NCBI GenBank assembly: GCA_020891255.1
Contig: BQFW01000003.1
Span: 372,001-436,000 of the forward strand
DNA length: 64,000 nucleotides
Source: Entomortierella parvispora E1425
Taxonomy: Eukaryota > Fungi > Mortierellomycota
Direction of reading: 5' to 3'
Shown: one piece after another, positions 57,501 through 64,000 of the stretch
Position numbering within the stretch: the first letter of the stretch is position 1
How the letters are laid out: each line of letters starts with the position of its first letter
Translations under genes and position numbers: made by a program
Notes under the pieces: model-generated
Database searches by the model: none
Seen by the model: only the letters and a program-made list of their open reading frames with translations
What the model was told of the DNA's origin: nothing

Positions 57501-60500
57501 GGCCTTCATCAGTGCCATACAATCGCCGCCGTTCAAGTACTCCATAACCAAGTAAAGATACTCTTTGCTCTGGAAAGAAAAGTACAGGTTGACGACAAAC
57601 GGAGAGTCGGTCTGATTCATTAGAATCATACGTTCTGCCTTCACGTTCGTGACCTGGTTTTTTGCCACCATGTCAGACTTTTTCAAGACCTTGATCGCAA
57701 AGTAATCGCCTGTCGCTCTCTTCTTGGCCAAGAAGACAGAACCAAATGCACCCTTCGAAATAGGCTTGATGAAATCAAAATCCTTGATGCTAGGCGGTGT
57801 TGGTCTGGTCAAAGGCGTAGGCTGAGGGAACGAGGGAGATAGGGGTGACTTGAGCAAGGCCCCTGGCGAGATTCCATCAGTAGGCGAGCCTTCTGCCGAA
57901 TGGGGCGCAAGGAACCGACTGGCCACTCTTGGAGACAAGTGAGCCTCCGGGAAGAAGGCAGATGCTGAATGGATGTCTACAAAGGATGGGCGGTGCTTCC
58001 TTGTTGTGGGCGAGACATGAGAGTTGTTAACTGAACTACCAGTATTGTTTTGTGTCCCATTACTGCTTTGACTAGCTTGGGTTCCTGTGCTTGGCTGACT
58101 GACTTGGCTTGTTTGGCTCGATTGGCTTGGCTGCTTGTCAATAGAACCCAGCTTGACAACAGTTTTTGATGACTCTGCCGAGTCAGAGGCCCCTGTACCC
58201 AAATCAGATGATCCCGACGCAACTCGAGACATCTCAGCCGATGTTGGCTCCGGTTCGTCAATGGGCGAAGGCTGTTGCTCAAACACTTGAGGTACGGTGA
58301 CTTCATCGATCGCGCTCTGAGTTTCAAAGTCCTCCTCTAGACCGTAGCCACGACTTCTCTCACGCTCATCCTCCTCCGCAATTCGACGCATGTGAGAAAC
58401 CAAGGTAGTCTTGTGGTGAATAGCAGCATCCACTCTATCTGACACGGCCATGATCGACGCGTCGTTCGTCTTTGGCGCCTCCCAACGGAAAACTTCAGAC
58501 ATCCTTGACTCTGATGCTGGGGACTGAATCACGGCTCTTATGGAGGCATCACCAGGTCGGTCTTCAGGCTCAGCATCGCGTCCAGGTGTCGAGATGGCGA
58601 GAGCAGTCCGTGTAATAACCAGCAGATTGTTAAGCACATCGAGGTCCACTGTGAGAGGCGCTTCTTCATCCAGGTTTGTGAGCAACGTCAAAAGTGGCTC
58701 CTTCAGTGAGTTGATATGGGAAATGAGCTCACGCAAGAGGTCATTGCAAATCTGAAGGTCCATCTCAATCTTGTGCCACTCGGAGCACGTTTTGGAGTGC
58801 TTCTCAAAATAAAGCGAGACGATCATGCGCTCACAAATATTGCATCTGACCTCCTGAAGCGGAATCATTTGCGAATGAAGCGCCATATTCTCGGCCAGCA
58901 TCCTTTGGAAGTTCAGGTCCTGCTCCTGCTCCTGCTCCGCTTCCGAACTGAGTTCCTCGTTTTCCTCCGAATTTTCCGAGACTACCGACATGACAGAATT
59001 GGAGGAAGACAATGCTTTGTCCTCTGGACCAATATAGGGCTGAATAGCCCACATTGTTCGCATTGGCTCGCAGGTGGTGCGGTCATAAATGAGCATGCCT
59101 CGACCGACCATCTTCAGGAAATGAGCCTCCTCGCCTTCACAGTTAATGTCCTGAATGTAGGTGTACTGTTCAGACTGCGAAGAGCTGGCATCGTCGAATG
59201 AGGACGGGGGGCTGTAATCCGAGAGCACATGGAACGTCAGCTCCAAAGTAGACTGGTCATCTTCTAGTAGTCGCGCTGTGGCATGGCGGAAGATATTAGC
59301 CTCTCGTTGAGTCAATATTGAACAAATTGGCATATCCATGAGCTCCTGCCAATCGGACCTATTAAAAACAAAAAAAACCCCCTCCATTAATATCAAGTAA
59401 AGCATTACTGACTACATGAGATGGACAAGCAAAGACAAATAACTCACCCCAAGAGCTCAGACCAACTAGGACTGAGATATAGGATAAGAATATCCTCCAT
59501 GTCCAGATTGAGTTCCATGACCACATTTGTGCTTTGTCCCCGTTCGGCTTCTCGTTTGAGCTGCAAAATTTCTTCCTTTGTAAGCCTCACTTGCTCATCT
59601 GTGTCCTTCTGCAAGCTTTCTACTAGAGCCTCGATTGACACTGCCCCAGTGACCTCAACATCTGCGTTAAGGTCATCTGCGAGTTCTTCCAGATGCAGCC
59701 CATTGTCCTCATCCTCCAACCCTGTGTCGATGGCGGGCTCTGAAGGAGTCTTTTCTGTTTCGGATCTCAGAAGCATCGATGCGCGTGGAGTGGCTGTCTT
59801 TTGGGACGCTGTTTCCGTACCAGTATGTTGCTCGGAGATCGATACAGGTGCTTCCAGCTTTGGCAAGTGCAGACTCGAGGGTCGAGAGACCTCCTTGGGT
59901 TTGACCGGTATGTTGGCGCTCTGCAACCAATGACTTCGCTCTGCTTCCCACCACTGGACAACTCTTGCCAGTCCTGCCACTGCCAACAGAGCCTTGACAT
60001 ACCACGCACGGCATGGCCAGTTTCGGTTCTCATCCCATGCTTTCCCAATGACTTGAAGTTTGGTCACAAAGTTGGTACATGCGCCCTTATTGTCCAAAAT
60101 TGTTTTAAGCGGTGTATCCAGCATCAACTGAGCCACGGAGATGAGCTCTTGAAGCGTGAGGATGAAGGGGGTTGGCTGATACGAGTCCTCGGAGATCAAA
60201 GTGACATTGGCATTGGGCGACGACATGACTGGTGTCCCCGGCGAAAAAGAGGCATTCGAAAAATGGCGACGATTAAGCGATGACACTCGAGAATGAGATC
60301 GTTGCTGACTGTCCCTGGTCATCTTGCGATGCAGAGGGATGCTTCCACCATTCCATGACTGAGAAGGTGACCACTCTCCAGAATCGCGCATTGAACGCAA
60401 CTTTGGATCGTCCGCAACTGGTGACTCACTATCAGAGACTTCTGGGAAATAGCCTTCCCCGAATTCCTGCAGGGTGCTGGGATAATCAGACCGGGGCGTC

Positions 60501-63500
60501 CTGTCTTCTTCATAGATGTCCCGCTCATTTCCACTGTCAAATCCTTTGTCATCATCGAGGCGGCGAACGGCGTCTTCCTGCATTTCCAGTTGACTGTTTT
60601 CGATCCAACCCTCGATCTCCTCGACCTCATTCTGATCCAACTGCTGTGAGCTAAAGTCGGGCATATTGTCCAGATCTTCGATATAGTTGAGACCTTTCTC
60701 GACATACTCATTAAGTCCATCGATAATCTTTCTCATTTCCTCGTCGCAATCAGCCTTATTTTGTTCCAGCATGCTGCGGATCGTCTTTGTGGATCTCTCG
60801 GGTCCTAGTTGCTGAGGACTGGCCTCGTTTGCATTGGCAGAATTGATGCCAGCAGAGAAAGAGGACGTCCGAGCCATGACAGATCCACGTCTTGCCAACG
60901 GTGGTGAGACATTCACCTGGATCGATAAGCCCGGGGGTTTCTCACGAGGAGACGTTCTTGAGCCAGTTGATCTGGTCGGACTGACTGTATCTGCAGAATG
61001 AAGAGGGGTAGTCAACACCAGAGGGCTTGGCTTCGAGGGCGAACCCAGATCCGGCTTTTCGAACAACGAGTGGGAGACAAAGGTTTCTCGCAAGGGATGA
61101 GTAGCCGAGTTAGAGGATACACCATTGGATTCTGTCCCTGAGTGCTTTGGCTCCTTTCCTAACCATAATGCAGGCCCCGGTGGACTCGTTCGTGGCACGT
61201 CCTGCTTCTGGACATTGGCGTCCAGCTGCACTTGGTCTTTTGTTTGAACCGAGACATCACTCTCATTTGCGGCAGATCCTGACGAGTCGATGGATTTTCG
61301 TGGCTGCACCAGCGACATGGACTTTCTCCTGACAGACTTCCACCAGCTCACCAGTTTGGGACCCAGACCCCCCTTTAGCGACTGTTGACTCTTCTGACTA
61401 GAAATCGATATTCCAGAAGGAGATCTAGAGTTGATTCGGAGACCCTGTGGAGGCTTGATTCGAGATGCTGGAGAAAGAGTATTGGGCGAAGAAGGAGAGT
61501 TGGGGTAGGGTGTGACTATGGCGGCTTTGGCAGAGCCTGATCCAGAAGCTGAGGAAGTATTCAACATCCTGGAATCTCCAATGAAGGTTTGGTCTCGTGA
61601 AGGTGGAGAGACGGAGAGAGACAAGGCCGGCGACAAAGACTCGTCCTTACGATTACGTATCCGCAGCTTCTTCTGAGCCTCGTATTCCTCTAGCCAGTCA
61701 ACCCAGACGATCTTCTCCTCTGGTTTAGATCCCACCTCATGTACCCTTTCCACAACAGGAGATGTCGCCTCTGTCTGGGCTTCAGGCATTGGTAGATCCA
61801 GGTCAGGTCTCCACTTCTCCAGCTTGGCCCTTCGGGTTTGTGCAATAATCTCTGCATGCAACATCGAGGGGTCAATGGAGTCAATGGATCCTCGCCGTAT
61901 CGATTTAGTAGGAGTGGGTTCCGATACCTTTGATGGACTTTGTGTCTTGACTAAATAGTGAACAACATCATAACAGAAGGTTATAAAAATGGCATCAAGT
62001 TCCTCACCAATGGCCACAAGTCGAATATTGTTTTATCCGCAACCAGCTGATATTCTTACATGCGTTGACGAAGTCCACAGACTCGAGGTAGTTGGAGTGT
62101 GGCAAATCCGGGGCAGATGTGTTGTTCTCAGAGGTCCTGAGTTCCGAGAATTCAGACGCCAGTTGGTTTAGAGATCCTTTCATGAGCTGTCCTTTTCCCA
62201 CATAGCCTGTTGACCTGGGTGTATCCAGTGAGAGATCATCGACATCCACATCGTTATCGTTCGAGGAGTCGGCCAGGACAGTTGGTTGAAATCCTGACTC
62301 GTAATGGAACCGATTACCAACTTGGCGACGCAATCTCCTCTCGTGAGCGTCTACATCTGTGATAGAAGCCTGTCGGCCATGACCAAGTTTAATGCCAGGC
62401 GATGCAAGCACAGGGGATGGTCGACCAGGTATAATGACTCCAGACAAGGCCGGTCCTGCCAGAGGACTAGAAGCAGAAGATCTTATTGTACTGGGCATGA
62501 TCTTTGGTGAGGCCTTTGGTGAGCCTTTAGGAGATATGTTGGGAGAGCGAGCCAGGAGCGGCGTCCTGATCCCTGCTCCAAGAAGAGAAGGTCCCGGTGA
62601 GGTATATTGCTGCTGCTGCTCGTAATCTGAGGCCACGTTCATATCGATATAGGATGCCTTTCTGGATTTCACAAGGTATCGTCCTGAAAGCGAGGAACTA
62701 CGAGAGATCGAGGGCGAAGGTGTATCCCTGTCTCTGTCCGAATTGCGATCACGCATTGTATCATTGGAAGCTGGATTCCGCATGTTCTCGAATGGGTTGT
62801 TCTGCGATGCAACCTCCAAGAGTGACGCTATACTCTGTCCAGTATTGGGCGACCCAGATCTAGACCGTCGTTCCTGAGCCATGTACTGAGAAAAGGACCC
62901 TGTAGGGATCGAGGTCGAGTATGTATTCATAGATGGCGATGGTATACTCCGTGTTGGGGACCATCCATCCAAGGAAATGTCGTCCGTGATGGATGCCCTC
63001 CGAGAGCGAGCAATCCTGCCAATTGGCTTTGGTGAAGAAGGGCTTGATCCATGCTCCGAGTGAGTTCCAGCATCAATCCAGGATGTCCTCCTAGAACGAA
63101 TCAAGTACTTGCCGCCACTGACTCCGGTTGCGTTGTTACCTCCAGTGCTACTACTGGCTCCTGTTGCGGGCTTGGCAAGAAACGATCCCTGATCCCAATC
63201 ACTCAGGCTGTTGGACACCGATGTTGCTAAATTGGAGGGTCTCCGGCTGGAGCTTCCTCCTCTTGGGTGCTGATGCGTTAGGCGGGGTGATTCTGGAATG
63301 GACAGCGAATCACTATTAACCCGATAGTGATGTTGTTGAGATACATCATCAGAATCATTGGATGATAGTGACGATCGACTCGATCGTCGAGCGAGCAACG
63401 GCTGGGGGATAGGGATACTTTTGAACTTTGTGCTGGAAGTTGACTCTGAGTTTCCGTGTTGGTGACTAGCTTGAGAATGTGAGTGAGGATGCATTGACTG

Positions 63501-64000
63501 GTAGGACGAACTGAACTGATCCGAAGGCCGTTTGAGGATACGACCTGATTCAAAGGATGACGCCGCTGAGGACGTCCCAGAAGCCGATCCGAGGTTGTCA
63601 AAGGAACTCTTGCGACGCGCCGGGATGGCTGCCGCTACTGGTGGGGATGGGAACCGACCTGGTTTCGGTGAGGACTCTCTGCTAGTGTTGGAGGTTGTAT
63701 TGCTGCCGCTGCCATGCATGGAATCCGAGTGATGTAACGAATGCAGTCGCGACAGACTGGAGCTGCTGGTACTCCTACTACTGCTACCAATGCCCTGGCT
63801 GTTGGCGATGCCGATGGTGATTGAGGACATTTTGGGTAATGCTGTTGGCATCAGAATTCGGTCTCGCGTCGGGCTGCTGCCAATCCCCAGGGCCGAGCGA
63901 CCCCTCGTCTCTGGAAGGCGACCATGGTTTATGTTGGTGGGGGTCCTGCCTCCAGATATGCTTCCGCTGTCATTGAAGGAGATACTCGTTGATGGGCCAT
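54592..64000 (-). CDS. RIM15: Rim15/Cek1-type AGC kinase with PAS, C2HC zinc finger, split kinase and receiver domains; the 5' end lies beyond the window; at least 6 exons
   Basis: QSTNVVMELNLD/YLSPSW PAS region, CNICERMIVSLYFEKHSKTC, PSIKDFDFIKPISKGAFGSV, HR|DLKPDNLL, DFGLS, VGTPDYLAPE, DW|WALGV and VVDDNP...FMDIRMP receiver. The frame is still open at 64000. Confidence 0.95.

Noticed and set aside
39740-64000. RVxF protein, PhK and RIM15 as a glycogen/quiescence cluster
   Set aside because: The functional link is only inferred, ALG12 and the NmrA-like gene intervene, and there is no synteny evidence. Only the adjacent RVxF/PhK pair is kept as a finding.
1-64000. tRNA, rRNA, spliceosomal snRNA, TPP riboswitch, SECIS, AT-AC introns and transposase or reverse transcriptase remnants
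   Set aside because: No diagnostic motifs were seen by eye. Covariance-model searches would be needed to exclude them.

Overview
Gene-dense, intron-containing fungal nuclear DNA. It is most likely an early-diverging fungus of the Mortierellaceae (Mucoromycota); this is inferred from fungal Trl1 and DASH Dad3 occurring alongside animal-like phosphorylase kinase, Slo channel and TMEM209 genes. I built 19 protein-coding gene models by hand from GT/GC-AG splice sites and reading-frame continuity. In order they are PTH (5'-truncated), GT34, TRL1, TMEM209/POM34-like, a small RRxS protein, a Slo2-like K+ channel, DAD3, ALG8, a DUF676 lipase, a SIKE-like coiled-coil protein, a WRN-type pseudo-exonuclease, the complex I ESSS subunit, a secreted protein, SLC35F, an RVxF-containing unknown, phosphorylase kinase alpha/beta, ALG12, an NmrA-like protein and RIM15 (runs off the window end). 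I recognised no tRNA, rRNA, CRISPR array or transposon. The strongest lead is a phosphorylase kinase regulatory subunit carrying an ILEI/GG lectin-like domain where the animal alpha subunit has its multiphosphorylation loop. Other leads are a Slo2-type channel with an uncharged S4 and a GC-AG intron, a dead DEDDy nuclease fused to winged-helix-like repeats, and a repeat-built promoter upstream of the NmrA-like gene. All family calls come from motif recognition only; no searches were run.
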